A DNA stretch of 43,041 nucleotides from an uncultured Alistipes sp. (GCA_949296295.1 CASFOM010000103.1:1-43041); one strand, 5' to 3'. Counted from the stretch's first letter, positions 9,154 through 19,064 are shown. Notes: generated by a model not told the origin, from the sequence alone. A program made the numbers and translations.

Positions 9154-10581
9154 ATGTTGAGTTTGATGGTGATTGTTTTTCTCGTGGGATATGCATTAAT
9201 CGCGTTGGAAAATAAGATTCGTGTGAATAAGGCTGCTACGGCTTTATTGGTCGGGACCTTGCTTTGGGTGATTTATGTTCTGACCGCTCCTTTATTAGTC
9301 CCCCAGATGAACGGAGAGGCTTTCCGGTTTTTCCTCTCGGAACATCCTGATATAGCAGCACTCCCTTTGGTGGAGCAATGCGTCCGGTTTATTACGGATG
9401 TTCAGGTGGTTGAACATTTGGGCGAAATTTCGGAAACTCTCTTCTTCCTGATTGGTGCCATGACCATTGTAGAATTGGTGGACGTACATGGTGGATTCTC
9501 TTTTGTTACCAATAGAATCAAGACAAGAGATAAAAACAGATTGCTTTGGATGGTCGCATTCATCACATTCTTTATGTCGGCCATACTGGATAATATGACT
9601 ACGGCAATTGTTATGGTCATGCTTGTTCGACGGATTATTTCCAACTATAAGGAACGCTGGATTTATGCGTCAATCATTATTATTGCCGCCAATAGCGGTG
9701 GTGCATGGTCTCCAATCGGTGATATTACTACCATTATGTTATGGGTAAACGGAAATGTGACTACCAATGCGCTGATTCCTGCTTTGATTTTGCCTTGTTT
9801 GGTCTCTTTGGTTATCCCGTTGTTAATTGCTTCCCGGTTATTGCATGGAGTAATTCGAAAACAACATCAGGAGACAGGGTCTGAATCTGCTATTATGCGT
9901 ATCGTTACCCGGAAAGAAAGAATCTCTATATTTTTATTGGGGGTAGGGTGTTTAATGGTGGTCCCTTTGTTTAAAATGGTTACTCACCTGCCTCCTTTTA
10001 TGGGAATTTTAATGGCTTTGGGGATTATGTGGCTATATACCGAAATTATGTATGGACGGATGAAGTGTATTGATGAATCATTGAAACATCGTGTCCCTCG
10101 GGTAATACGTCGTATTGATATCCCGACGATTTTGTTCTTTTTGGGGATATTATTGGCTGTTGCTGCCTTGCAAATGACCGGGGTGTTGGATGCTGCCGCT
10201 ACTTTCCTCGATAAGAATGTCCACAATGTTTATTTGATTAATTTATTTATCGGAGTATTGTCTTCGGTGGTGGATAATGTACCGTTGGTGGCCGGAGCTA
10301 TGGGGATGTATCCTATTGAAAGTGCCTCTGCTGTCGCAGCTTCTCCTGATGCCGCTTATTTGGCCCATTTTATACAAGATGGCTCTTTCTGGGAATTCCT
10401 GGCTTATTGTGCGGGAGTAGGCGGAAGCATATTGATTATTGGTTCTGTGGCAGGTGTGGTTATTATGGGGATTGAAAAAATTAGTTTTATCTGGTATGTC
10501 AAGAATATCTCTTTAATGGCGTTTATTGGATATTTGGCCGGAGCTGCTGTTTATATTGTCCAGAACTTGTTGTTGGGATAA
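9154..10581 (+). CDS. NhaD/ArsB-superfamily Na+/H+ antiporter-like membrane transporter
   Basis: 475-aa polytopic membrane protein. The N-terminal 'FLVGYALIALENKIRVNKAATALL', 'SAILDNMTTAIVM' and 'SSVVDNVPLV' repeats are characteristic of the NhaD/CitMHS ion-transporter fold. Confidence 0.65.
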   Translation: MLSLMVIVFLVGYALIALENKIRVNKAATALLVGTLLWVIYVLTAPLLVPQMNGEAFRFFLSEHPDIAALPLVEQCVRFITDVQVVEHLGEISETLFFLIGAMTIVELVDVHGGFSFVTNRIKTRDKNRLLWMVAFITFFMSAILDNMTTAIVMVMLVRRIISNYKERWIYASIIIIAANSGGAWSPIGDITTIMLWVNGNVTTNALIPALILPCLVSLVIPLLIASRLLHGVIRKQHQETGSESAIMRIVTRKERISIFLLGVGCLMVVPLFKMVTHLPPFMGILMALGIMWLYTEIMYGRMKCIDESLKHRVPRVIRRIDIPTILFFLGILLAVAALQMTGVLDAAATFLDKNVHNVYLINLFIGVLSSVVDNVPLVAGAMGMYPIESASAVAASPDAAYLAHFIQDGSFWEFLAYCAGVGGSILIIGSVAGVVIMGIEKISFIWYVKNISLMAFIGYLAGAAVYIVQNLLLG

Positions 10582-11112
10582 TTTGAGAATCCGCAAGTTT
10601 TCTTGAATATAAATTCTGTCTGATATCCTGGTTTGGGGGAGGTAGGGGCTTGTTTAATGAAAAATCAAATTGTCTGATGACGGAAGCAAGCCTTGTTGTC
10701 TTTTATTTATTGGAAAATCAATAGAGGAGTCTTTTGATAAAAAGGATAAATGGAAATTCAATATTGAGACAAAAGGCTTCAGTATATTGGGAATGAGAAA
10801 TCGGCAGTCTCTTTCTGAAAAGAGAACAAGTATATGGGGGAGGGAAAACAAAACGGATGTGATGGAAATTGATATATACGATTGTATATCAGGAAATAAA
10901 GAAAAAAATCCCAAAAATTAAGTTAGTAATTTTTACGAAAAAATCATTGGCGATATACCATAAGAAAGAAAAAAACGTACTATTATTAGTGATTGGCTCT
11001 TTATTGAATACATTTTGCATAAAAGTTGTACTCTATTGGAGTACGGTATGACGAAATGGAACAGAGCTTTGTCATAACGCAAAATAATGGAGTATTTACT
11101 AAAAATGGTATC

Positions 11113-11727
11113 ATGAAAAAATTATTCTTGTCTGCATGTTTGCTTGTATTCGCAACAGCTGCTTTTTCTCAGGCTCAATGGGGATATGGGGTACGAGCCG
11201 GGATGAACTTATCGGAAATAATCGCTACCTTGAATAAGGATATTACGACGGTATGGCGTGTCGGATTTACCGCTGGGGTTTTCGGAGATGTGCGTTTTAA
11301 TGAAAATTTTGCCTTGGAAGCCGATGTCCTTTACTCTCAACAAGGGGTACATAAATTTCGGGCAAGACATGCCGGAAGCGATGCCCCCGGATTTAAAACC
11401 AATATGAATTACATTAACATTCCTTTGTTGGCTAAATTTTATTTAACTAAAGGTTTTAATGTAGTAATCGGTCCACAGGGGTCGTTCTTAGTTAAGAAAA
11501 AGGTTGAAGGAGACCTGGATGCCGATGCATATAATTATGTGAAAAACTCAATGAACAGAGCAAATATTGATTTGCTTCTGGGGTTGGGGTATGAATTTCA
11601 GAATGGATTAATGCTTGATTTGCGTTATCATGTAGGGCTTACTCAGCCGTTTGAAAAAACAGATAATATTCGTTTAACTAATGGCCATAACAGTGTTATT
11701 CAATTGACTGCTGCCTGGAGATTCTGA
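11113..11727 (+). CDS. outer-membrane beta-barrel (porin-family, OMP_b-brl_2-like) protein
   Basis: I trimmed the start to MKKLFLSACLLVFATAAFSQAQ (signal peptide) at 11113. The ORF shows alternating amphipathic beta-strands and the terminal '...LTAAWRF' with an aromatic last residue typical of OMPs. Confidence 0.7.
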   Translation: MKKLFLSACLLVFATAAFSQAQWGYGVRAGMNLSEIIATLNKDITTVWRVGFTAGVFGDVRFNENFALEADVLYSQQGVHKFRARHAGSDAPGFKTNMNYINIPLLAKFYLTKGFNVVIGPQGSFLVKKKVEGDLDADAYNYVKNSMNRANIDLLLGLGYEFQNGLMLDLRYHVGLTQPFEKTDNIRLTNGHNSVIQLTAAWRF

Positions 11728-11760
11728 TAAAAATATTTCTGTAAAACAGATAAATGTTGA

Positions 11761-11800
11761 ACAGGGGTTGTGTCGAAAGGAAAATTGACACAATCCCTGT
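11761..11800 (+). terminator. terminator hairpin after the OMP gene
   Basis: ACAGGGGTTGTGTC (11761-11774) pairs with GACACAATCCCTGT (11787-11800): 14 bp with one G-U, a 12-nt loop, followed by TTATATTTG. Confidence 0.6.
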
Positions 11801-12261
11801 TTATATTTGTAATGAAAAACATTGAATATGAGATAGAAAGGTCCTTGCTTGTATAAATGGCTTAGCCATAATCAAGCAGTTAGTTTGTAATTATGGCATC
11901 TCTCTTTTGCTGGGTATTGAAGTAAATAAAATCGGGAGGTGAGAATAACAGAAGTCGGTTCCGGAAAATGTCTAAGTCCGGATTTTGAAAATAATGCGGT
12001 TAAGGGTAAGAGGGGGAGTTGTTTGAAATAAAAGAAAGGTGTAAAATGTGTTTACGAGATTATTATTATAATAATCCGGGAAATAATGACTCCATCGGTT
12101 GAGAAGGGTTCCTGTTTTCAGTCAGGATTGAAATAGTTTGATATGGAATTCTGATATTTGATGAAGTTAATGAATGAATTATCTCTTGTTGTTTTAATTT
12201 CAAAATAAAAGGGTTAGTTGAAAAAATATCTTAAAAATGGTCGTGATAAAAATGAAATTTT

Positions 12262-12269
12262 TAATTTTG
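12262..12269 (+). promoter_or_regulatory. candidate -7 promoter box for the 930-aa gene
   Basis: TAATTTTG (TAnnTTTG) lies 57 nt upstream of the ATG at 12326. Confidence 0.3.
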
Positions 12270-12325
12270 TAAAATATGATTTAATCTTGTGAATGTTTGA
12301 TAATAATTGAAAAACGATGATTTAT

Positions 12326-15118
12326 ATGAAGAACCTGCGTTTTGTTGTGACTCTCTCTCTCTTTTTCCCATTGGTTGCTCAGGCTCAAAATGATTGGCTC
12401 GTGGATGAAATCAATGCAAAAACACAAGTGGAAAAGACAGAGGAAGGCTATTTGACTCTTTCCAATGGATTGGTTAATAGAACTTTTACTCTTTCCCCCA
12501 ATACTGCAACGATTGCTTTGGAAGAGATGAGGGGGAAGAATTCTTTTTTGCGTTCCGTTCGTCCTGAAGCAACATTGACTATTGATGGGTATACTGTTGA
12601 TGTTGGAGGATTGAGTGGTCAGCCCATACATAATTATTTGTTGAAGGAGTGGATTCCGGAATTGAAAACGATTCCCGGCTCTCTTAAAATGACCGATTAT
12701 CGGGTGGAAGATATCAAGGAACGGTTCCCTTGGAAAAAGCGTTTGGAATGGATGCCTCGGGATCTCCCTTGGCCATTGCCGGGAAAGGAATTGATATTCA
12801 CTTATCGGTTGGATGATGAAGTAATTGATGTATTGGCAGCCAAGAGTATGCAGGATGACCAGCGGAAAATCCTGTTTGAGGATGACTTTAGACAAATCTC
12901 TCCAGGCTGGTCTTTGGAAGAATCCGATGCTCATGACAGAAACTCTTTTGTGAATGAAGGGAAACCGGGGGAGATCATGGCTTTGGCAAATACGGCGGTT
13001 TATGCTGAACGGGATTTTGTAGATGGTACGAAAGTGGTTTTGGTGCGGGTAGTGCCTGGAACTGACCGTTCTGCCTCATGGGGGCCTGGATTGGCACTAT
13101 GCTTTGAGAACAGAACCGTAAAAATGAATGTTCGGACTGATGAGGGGAAGATAGGATTCTTTAATGGAGAAAAGGAAACTTTGACAGGAGATGTGAAGGA
13201 GGCCTCTGCTGTTTGGTTGCGTATGGAACTGAAAGAAGATTGTTTGGAGGCTGCCGTTTCTTTGAATGGGAAGGAATGGCAATCTGTGGGAACAACCTCT
13301 TTGGCTTCGGGAGAACACCCCTGGAAGGTAAGGATTGGGAAAATGGGACCTAAAGGGGGAAAAGAAGACGCGGATAATAAAGGGTCTGAAGGGCGTTCGC
13401 GAATAGAAGCATTCCGTATGTTGGGGGAATTGCCTGCTCAAGTTTCCCCGAATGATATGCGTGAAAAGTTGGCTTATTTGAAAGATATAGCTGTTCAGGT
13501 ACACTATGAACTGTATGATGGAATGCCGGTCTTTTGTAAATGGATTACTGTGGAAAACCATTCCGGTCAGGAGATTGTAATCGATCGGTTTATTAGTGAG
13601 ATATTGGCAGCAACAGAACCTGAAAGCAGTGTAGATAGTCGTGAACGATGGCTGTATCCCAATATTACTTTGGAAACGGATTATAATTTTGGAGGAATGA
13701 GTGAGGAGAATCTTTTTGCCTCAAGTTTGGAATGGAAGGAAGATCCGTTGTATTTGTCGCAGGTGAATTATGAACGTACTACTCCTTGTCTGTTGGAGGT
13801 AGCTCCTAAAAAAGGTCCGAAACAAATTGTAGCTCCGGGAAACAGCTTCCAGAGTTATCGGGTTTGGGAATTGTTGAATGATAGTTGGGATCGCGAACGA
13901 AAATCATTGGCTTATAGACGTATGATGAGAGCAATAGCTCCTTGGGTGACTGAAAATCCAATTCTCATGCATGTCCGAAGTTCCGATAATGAATCGGTAA
14001 AAAAAGCAATAGATCAGTGCGCTAATGTAGGATTTGAAATGGTTATCATGACTTTTTGGAGTGGATTCAATGCAGAGGATGATTCTCCGGAAAACATAGC
14101 CAGAATGAAAGAACTGGCCGATTATGCGGCAAAAAAGAATATTGCTTTAGGAGGATACTCTCTGTTGGCCAGCAGACATATAGATGCCGAGAATGATGTC
14201 GTTTTGCCTGAAGGAATGCATCCGCGCTTCGGTAGTTCTCCTTGTGTCGAAAGCCGGTGGGGACAGGAATATTTCCGTAAGTTATACCAGTTGTATGAAC
14301 AGACCGGATTGTCCGTTTTTGAACATGACGGTTCTTATCCCGGTGATTGGTGTTATTCTGAGGTTCATCCCGGACATCAGGGCGTTGAAGATTCTCAATG
14401 GAATCAGTTTAAAAGAGTATCGGATTTTTATAAATGGTGTAGGGGAAAAGGAATTTATTTAAATGTCCCCGACATCTATTTCTTGAATGGAAGCAATAAA
14501 ACAGGTATGGGGTATCGTGAGGTAAACTGGTCGTTGCCTCGTGCTCAACAAGAGATTATTGAACGACAGAATATTTATGATGGAACATGGAACAAGACTC
14601 CTTCTATGGGTTGGATGTTTGTCCCTTTGGTTGAATATCAGGGAGGAGGAGAAGCCGCTACCATTGAACCTTTAAAGGAACATTTGCCTCATTATGGACA
14701 GCGACTGGCCAATCTATTCGGTGCAGGTGTACAGGCTTGTTATCGTGGTCCACAATTGTATGATGCTCCGGAAACGGAAGCGTTGGTGCGCAAATGGGTG
14801 GACTTTTACAAAAAACATCGTGAAGTGTTGGATGGAGATATTATTCATATACGTCGTCCGGACGGATGCGATTATGATGCGATTCTTCATGTTAATCCTA
14901 TGGGACAGGAAAAAGGTTTGCTGATGGTATATAATCCGTTGGAGGAACCTATAAAACGTCAAATTACCGTGAATCTCTATTATACCGGACTGAAAGATAA
15001 GGTGGTCTTGTCTGAACAGGATGGGAAAAGCCGTACTCTGAAATTAACGAGGGATTATAATGTGGTCATTGATGTTGAGATTCCCGCTAAGAGTCAAACC
15101 TGGTTTGTGATGAGGTAA
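12326..15118 (+). CDS. secreted ~930-aa protein of unclear family; probable glycoside-hydrolase-like TIM barrel with a ConA/LamG-like insertion
   Basis: The long uninterrupted ORF has coding-like composition. The signal peptide is MKNLRFVVTLSLFFPLVAQAQ (start trimmed to 12326). Its middle region is jelly-roll-like ('FEDDFRQISPGWSL...VWLRMELKEDCLEAAVSLNGKEW'). The C-terminal half ('GFEMVIMTFWSGF...FEHDGSYPGDWC...') is reminiscent of an (alpha/beta)8 hydrolase. The CDS is secure; the function is a guess. Confidence 0.5.
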   Translation: MKNLRFVVTLSLFFPLVAQAQNDWLVDEINAKTQVEKTEEGYLTLSNGLVNRTFTLSPNTATIALEEMRGKNSFLRSVRPEATLTIDGYTVDVGGLSGQPIHNYLLKEWIPELKTIPGSLKMTDYRVEDIKERFPWKKRLEWMPRDLPWPLPGKELIFTYRLDDEVIDVLAAKSMQDDQRKILFEDDFRQISPGWSLEESDAHDRNSFVNEGKPGEIMALANTAVYAERDFVDGTKVVLVRVVPGTDRSASWGPGLALCFENRTVKMNVRTDEGKIGFFNGEKETLTGDVKEASAVWLRMELKEDCLEAAVSLNGKEWQSVGTTSLASGEHPWKVRIGKMGPKGGKEDADNKGSEGRSRIEAFRMLGELPAQVSPNDMREKLAYLKDIAVQVHYELYDGMPVFCKWITVENHSGQEIVIDRFISEILAATEPESSVDSRERWLYPNITLETDYNFGGMSEENLFASSLEWKEDPLYLSQVNYERTTPCLLEVAPKKGPKQIVAPGNSFQSYRVWELLNDSWDRERKSLAYRRMMRAIAPWVTENPILMHVRSSDNESVKKAIDQCANVGFEMVIMTFWSGFNAEDDSPENIARMKELADYAAKKNIALGGYSLLASRHIDAENDVVLPEGMHPRFGSSPCVESRWGQEYFRKLYQLYEQTGLSVFEHDGSYPGDWCYSEVHPGHQGVEDSQWNQFKRVSDFYKWCRGKGIYLNVPDIYFLNGSNKTGMGYREVNWSLPRAQQEIIERQNIYDGTWNKTPSMGWMFVPLVEYQGGGEAATIEPLKEHLPHYGQRLANLFGAGVQACYRGPQLYDAPETEALVRKWVDFYKKHREVLDGDIIHIRRPDGCDYDAILHVNPMGQEKGLLMVYNPLEEPIKRQITVNLYYTGLKDKVVLSEQDGKSRTLKLTRDYNVVIDVEIPAKSQTWFVMR

Positions 15119-15160
15119 GGTATATTCGTCTGATGGAATGACAGGCTGGGATTAAATAGC

Positions 15161-15168
15161 TATATTTG
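15161..15168 (+). promoter_or_regulatory. candidate -7 promoter box directly abutting the pabB start codon
   Basis: TATATTTG (TAnnTTTG) ends 4 nt before the ATG at 15173. Confidence 0.35.
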
Positions 15169-15172
15169 CGGT

Positions 15173-16141
15173 ATGATTGCAGTTGATGAAGTGAGGCAGA
15201 GAATCAATCGCGCGGTATCTGCCCGGATTCCCTGTCTGTTTGGAGTGGATTACGAGTTGTCGGAAGGGTTCTTTACTGAGCAACCGTTGGAGCAACAGGA
15301 CTATTTATTCCGAATGGGAGATGTTTCGAATTATCAATCCAGACAGAGTCCTCGACAACTCTTGTGGAAAGCATTTCCTGAATCTTATCAAATCTATGCC
15401 CGCCGGTTCGATACTGTGATGTCCGGTTTGCGGCGAGGAAATTCTTTCCTGGCCAATTTGACCGTTTGTACCCCTTTGTCTGTGAATATGACGTTGGAGG
15501 AGTTGTTTCGTTCCTCCCGGTCTTATTATGGGTTGTTAATCCCCGGACGAATGGCCTGTTTTTCTCCGGAACGGTTTGTTCGTATCGCTGGAGACTGTGT
15601 ATCTTCAAATCCGATGAAAGGAACCATTGATGCGGCTTGTCCCGATGCTGAGACACTCATATTAAATGATTATAAAGAGACAGCGGAACATTGTACGATT
15701 GTGGATTTGATACGTAATGACATGAGTCGGATTGCAAACAGGGTAGAGGTAAAACGGTTTCGATACATAGATCGGATTAATACGGGGAAAGGAGCGATTT
15801 TACAGGTTAGTTCGGAGATAGAAGGACGTTTATTGCCTGAGTATGTAGAGAAAGTAGGAGATGCCCTTTTCGAGATGTTGCCTGCCGGTTCTATTTCCGG
15901 AGCTCCTAAAGAGGCTACCGTGAGGTTGATTGCTCAGGCTGAAGGGAGAACCCGGGGCTTTTATACCGGAATATTCGGTTATTATGATGGACAGGTGTTG
16001 GATACGGCTGTATTGATTCGGTATGTGGAACAGACGGAGAATGGATTGGTTTTTCGTAGTGGAGGGGGGATTACAGCTAATAGTGTTTGCAGTCATGAAT
16101 ATCGAGAGGTGTGTCAAAAAGTGTATTTTCCTGTTTTTTAA
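15173..16141 (+). CDS. pabB: aminodeoxychorismate synthase component I (short chorismate-binding enzyme)
   Basis: 322 aa carrying the chorismate-utilising enzyme signatures 'SNPMKGTI', 'DLIRNDMSRI', 'MLPAGSISGAPK', 'RGFYTGIFGY' and 'GGGITANS'. Confidence 0.8.
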   Translation: MIAVDEVRQRINRAVSARIPCLFGVDYELSEGFFTEQPLEQQDYLFRMGDVSNYQSRQSPRQLLWKAFPESYQIYARRFDTVMSGLRRGNSFLANLTVCTPLSVNMTLEELFRSSRSYYGLLIPGRMACFSPERFVRIAGDCVSSNPMKGTIDAACPDAETLILNDYKETAEHCTIVDLIRNDMSRIANRVEVKRFRYIDRINTGKGAILQVSSEIEGRLLPEYVEKVGDALFEMLPAGSISGAPKEATVRLIAQAEGRTRGFYTGIFGYYDGQVLDTAVLIRYVEQTENGLVFRSGGGITANSVCSHEYREVCQKVYFPVF

Positions 16142-16719
16142 TGACTTTCATAGAAACCATAAAAGTAAAAGAAGGCCGATTTTTTAATCTGGAATATCAT
16201 CGGCGACGGATGGAGCGTACTGCTCTTCATTTTTTTGGTACGGCTCCTGAGTTACCTCTTGATATACCTGTTCCTGATGAAGGGCTTTTCAAGTATCGAG
16301 TGGAGTATGGGAAAACTGTATTGGGAACTTCTCTGCTCCCTTATCGGTTTCGTTGGGTCCATTCCTTGCGTAAAGTGGATGGTACGGGGATTGACTATCG
16401 GTTTAAAAAAGCGGATAGAACTCAACTGGAGCAGTTGTTCGCTTTACGAGATGGATGTGATGATGTCTTGATAATATCGAATGGATGGGTAACCGACACT
16501 TCCATAGCTAATGTCGTGTTGTTTGATGGACAGGGGTATTATACGCCCGAACATCCTTTATTGTATGGTACGAAACGGGAACAACTTTTGGAACAGGGAA
16601 AAATCCGAAAAGCAGGAATACGGGTTACCGATTTAACTGCTTTCGAACGGATTTTCCTTATTAATGCAATGATTGATTTGGAAGACAATATCTCTCTTCC
16701 CATGTCTGCTGTGTGGTAA
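16141..16719 (+). CDS. pabC: aminodeoxychorismate lyase-like (fold-type IV PLP enzyme)
   Basis: The start is trimmed to the ATG at 16141, which overlaps the pabB TAA by 1 nt (TAATG). The protein is small and class-IV-aminotransferase-like ('NLEYHRRRM', 'ANVVLFDGQGYYTP', 'LYGTKRE'), and it is translationally coupled to pabB. Confidence 0.6.
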   Translation: MTFIETIKVKEGRFFNLEYHRRRMERTALHFFGTAPELPLDIPVPDEGLFKYRVEYGKTVLGTSLLPYRFRWVHSLRKVDGTGIDYRFKKADRTQLEQLFALRDGCDDVLIISNGWVTDTSIANVVLFDGQGYYTPEHPLLYGTKREQLLEQGKIRKAGIRVTDLTAFERIFLINAMIDLEDNISLPMSAVW

Positions 16720-16794
16720 TATACTTTGAGGTAAAAACGCGGAGTTGTTGAAGATGTAATGCCTTTATTTTTTTGATTAATAATAGGTTATTTT

Positions 16795-17583
16795 TTAAAA
16801 TCCAAAAAATATTTCCGGCTCTTTTCTCAAACTGAAATTTTGGTAAAGATAATCGGTGAATGGAGTTTCGAACAGACGGGCTTCATTGGGGCAGAATTTT
16901 ACACAAGCGCAACACTTGATGCATTTCAGTGAATCGCTTACGATTTCTTCTTTTAATGAAATGGCTTGGGTAGGGCATATCTCGATGCAATAACCGCATT
17001 GGGTACAAAGGTCTGGATTGGTTTCCGGGGATTGAGGAGTTTGAGGTTTCCGTTCTTTATACGGGTGGTTTCCTGGAACGAGAAGGGAGATTCCCGATAG
17101 GTTTGCTCGGGTATTTAATCGGTTGATGACTTCTTTCCCGAATTTTTCCGCTTCTTTTAAATCATTTGAATCTGGTCGCCCCGCAGCAACAGGACGATCG
17201 GGTTTGCTGTAAGAGTGCTCTCCAATAAATGCTGCCCCTGCTATGGGAATGAAATTCCTGCCGGTGGCCCAGTCGGTCAATTCCAGTAAAGCATCTTCAT
17301 AAGCCCGATTCCCATAAGTGACTACCGTAATTATCGGACCTCCTGAGCCTTGTAATGAATTCATCCGTTCCATGGCTGTACAGGCTATGCGTCCCGCATA
17401 AACCGGAACGGCGATAAGTGTCAGGGTGTCTGCAGAAACTTGTATGGGATGTTCGGGGGATTCATAAGTGAGGTCTGTTTCGACAATTTCAGCAATCCCT
17501 GTCCCGCGAGCTATGGCCAAGGAGACAGTTTGGGAGTTGTGGGTAGGAGAGAACCAGATGAGATGAATGGTATGAATCGTCAT
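16795..17583 (-). CDS. flavodoxin-like domain fused to a 2x[4Fe-4S] ferredoxin domain (EFR1-type)
   Basis: 262 aa. The N-terminal flavodoxin-like fold is followed by two CxxCxxCxxxCP motifs ('CTQCGYCIEICP', 'CIKCCACVKFCP'). Confidence 0.7.
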   Translation of the reverse strand: MTIHTIHLIWFSPTHNSQTVSLAIARGTGIAEIVETDLTYESPEHPIQVSADTLTLIAVPVYAGRIACTAMERMNSLQGSGGPIITVVTYGNRAYEDALLELTDWATGRNFIPIAGAAFIGEHSYSKPDRPVAAGRPDSNDLKEAEKFGKEVINRLNTRANLSGISLLVPGNHPYKERKPQTPQSPETNPDLCTQCGYCIEICPTQAISLKEEIVSDSLKCIKCCACVKFCPNEARLFETPFTDYLYQNFSLRKEPEIFFGF

Positions 17584-17634
17584 GTGTCTTAGATTTTAGA
17601 AATTTTGTGAATGTAAAAAATATTTGAAAATTAT

Positions 17635-18984
17635 CTATATGATTTTTTTCAATAGCTTCAGATATTTGTAAGGAGGATATCGCAATGGGATATCAATTCG
17701 GGTGGAGGAACTGAGGGCTGCCCGAGGACGACTGAAGGTCTCAAAGCTATATTGTCCGTGGTAATGGCCCAGTCCGCTGTTTCCTTGTCCTCCGAAAGGT
17801 AAGTGAAGATTGGCTAAATGAAGAATGGTGTCATTGATGCAGACTCCTCCGGATTGTGTCTGTCGGATGATTTCCCGGGCTCCTGATTCCTTCCCGAAAT
17901 AATAGAGAGCCAAAGGAGAAGGACGGGCAGTGACAAATTGTATCGCTTCTGCTCTTGAAGAAAAGGTCAATATGGGTAACAGCGGCCCGAATATCTCTTC
18001 TTGCATCAAAGGGGAATCCGGAGACAAATCATCCAATAGAGTAGGGGATACATAACGTTCTGACCGGTTGACTGTCCCTCCACAGAAAATGTGTCCTGAC
18101 TGCATCAGTCGTTCCATGCGGATGACTGCTTCCGAGGTAATCATTCGGGGATAATCGGGACTTTTCTCCGGTGTATTGCCGAAAAAACGTGTAATGTATT
18201 GAGCCATCTTTTCTTTCAAGGCGGTTTCTTGACTTACGTGTACCAATACGTAATCGGGAGCAACGCAGGTTTGTCCCGCATTCAGAAATTTTCCCCATAC
18301 AATTCGTCGTGCAGCAAGCTCTATATTGGCTTCGGCATCTACTATACACGGACTTTTCCCTCCTAATTCCAAAGTGACGGGAATGAGACGCTCTGCTGCT
18401 GCCTGCATGACCTCTCTGCCCGTTTGAGGACTGCCGGTGAAAAAAATGTAGTCAAAAGATTCCTGTAATAATTGACGGGCTATTTCAGGACCTCCCGGTA
18501 AAAGGGTTACATGTTCCGGAACAAAGGCTTCCCGAATGATTTGTTCCGTAACTTTGGTCGTTGCCGGTGCTAAGGGGCTCGGTTTCAATAAAACACAGTT
18601 TCCCGCTGCTACCGCTCCTATCAAAGGAACCAATTGCAATTGGAACGGGTAATTCCATGGAGCCATGATCAGTACCGTCCCGTAAGGTTCCCGAAAAACC
18701 CTGCTGCGGGAACCAAACAGAAAGAAAGGAGTCCTTTTGTGTTGAGGCCGGCTCCAACGATTCATGTGCCGCAACTGTATTTTCAGTTCCTGAAGAACCA
18801 TCCCTATTTCTGTCATCTGACTTTCATAAGCCGATTTATGCAAATCTTTCTGTAAGGCTGCAACAATAGCTGCATCATGTGTTATAATCGCTTGTCGTAG
18901 CCGTTTTAAAGACTCCCGACGAAACTTGATGTCCCGAGTATGTCCCGATGCAAAAAAATGGCGTAATTTATCCGTCGACTCCAT
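17635..18984 (-). CDS. NAD(P)+-dependent aldehyde dehydrogenase (class-3-like)
   Basis: 449 aa. It has 'TLELGGKSP' (catalytic Glu), 'NAGQTCVAPDY' (catalytic Cys), 'EEIFGPLLPI' and the 'APWNYPF' cofactor region. Confidence 0.85.
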   Translation of the reverse strand: MESTDKLRHFFASGHTRDIKFRRESLKRLRQAIITHDAAIVAALQKDLHKSAYESQMTEIGMVLQELKIQLRHMNRWSRPQHKRTPFFLFGSRSRVFREPYGTVLIMAPWNYPFQLQLVPLIGAVAAGNCVLLKPSPLAPATTKVTEQIIREAFVPEHVTLLPGGPEIARQLLQESFDYIFFTGSPQTGREVMQAAAERLIPVTLELGGKSPCIVDAEANIELAARRIVWGKFLNAGQTCVAPDYVLVHVSQETALKEKMAQYITRFFGNTPEKSPDYPRMITSEAVIRMERLMQSGHIFCGGTVNRSERYVSPTLLDDLSPDSPLMQEEIFGPLLPILTFSSRAEAIQFVTARPSPLALYYFGKESGAREIIRQTQSGGVCINDTILHLANLHLPFGGQGNSGLGHYHGQYSFETFSRPRAALSSSTRIDIPLRYPPYKYLKLLKKII

Positions 18985-19054
18985 AAAATCTCTTTTTCCG
19001 ATAAAAATAATGAAAAAAAATTTCTTAAGATATGGTTATTTTAAAAATAAGTTG

Positions 19055-19062
19055 TACATTTG
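19055..19062 (+). promoter_or_regulatory. candidate -7 promoter box for the LacI-family regulator / kdu operon
   Basis: TACATTTG (TAnnTTTG) lies 33 nt upstream of the ATG at 19095. Confidence 0.45.
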
Positions 19063-19064
19063 AA

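Noticed and set aside
10654-11051. Three overlapping 60-86-aa ORFs on both strands in the nhaD-OMP spacer
   Set aside because: They are mutually overlapping on opposite strands. One starts at TTG, none has a -7 box at a sensible distance, and the translations are Lys/Glu/Ile-rich without motifs. I kept the spacer itself as a low-interest finding instead.
12281-12934. 217-aa ORF on the minus strand overlapping the start of the 930-aa gene
   Set aside because: It is antisense to a long, well-behaved plus-strand ORF with a signal peptide. I see no promoter box or motif support, and its composition is consistent with a shadow frame.
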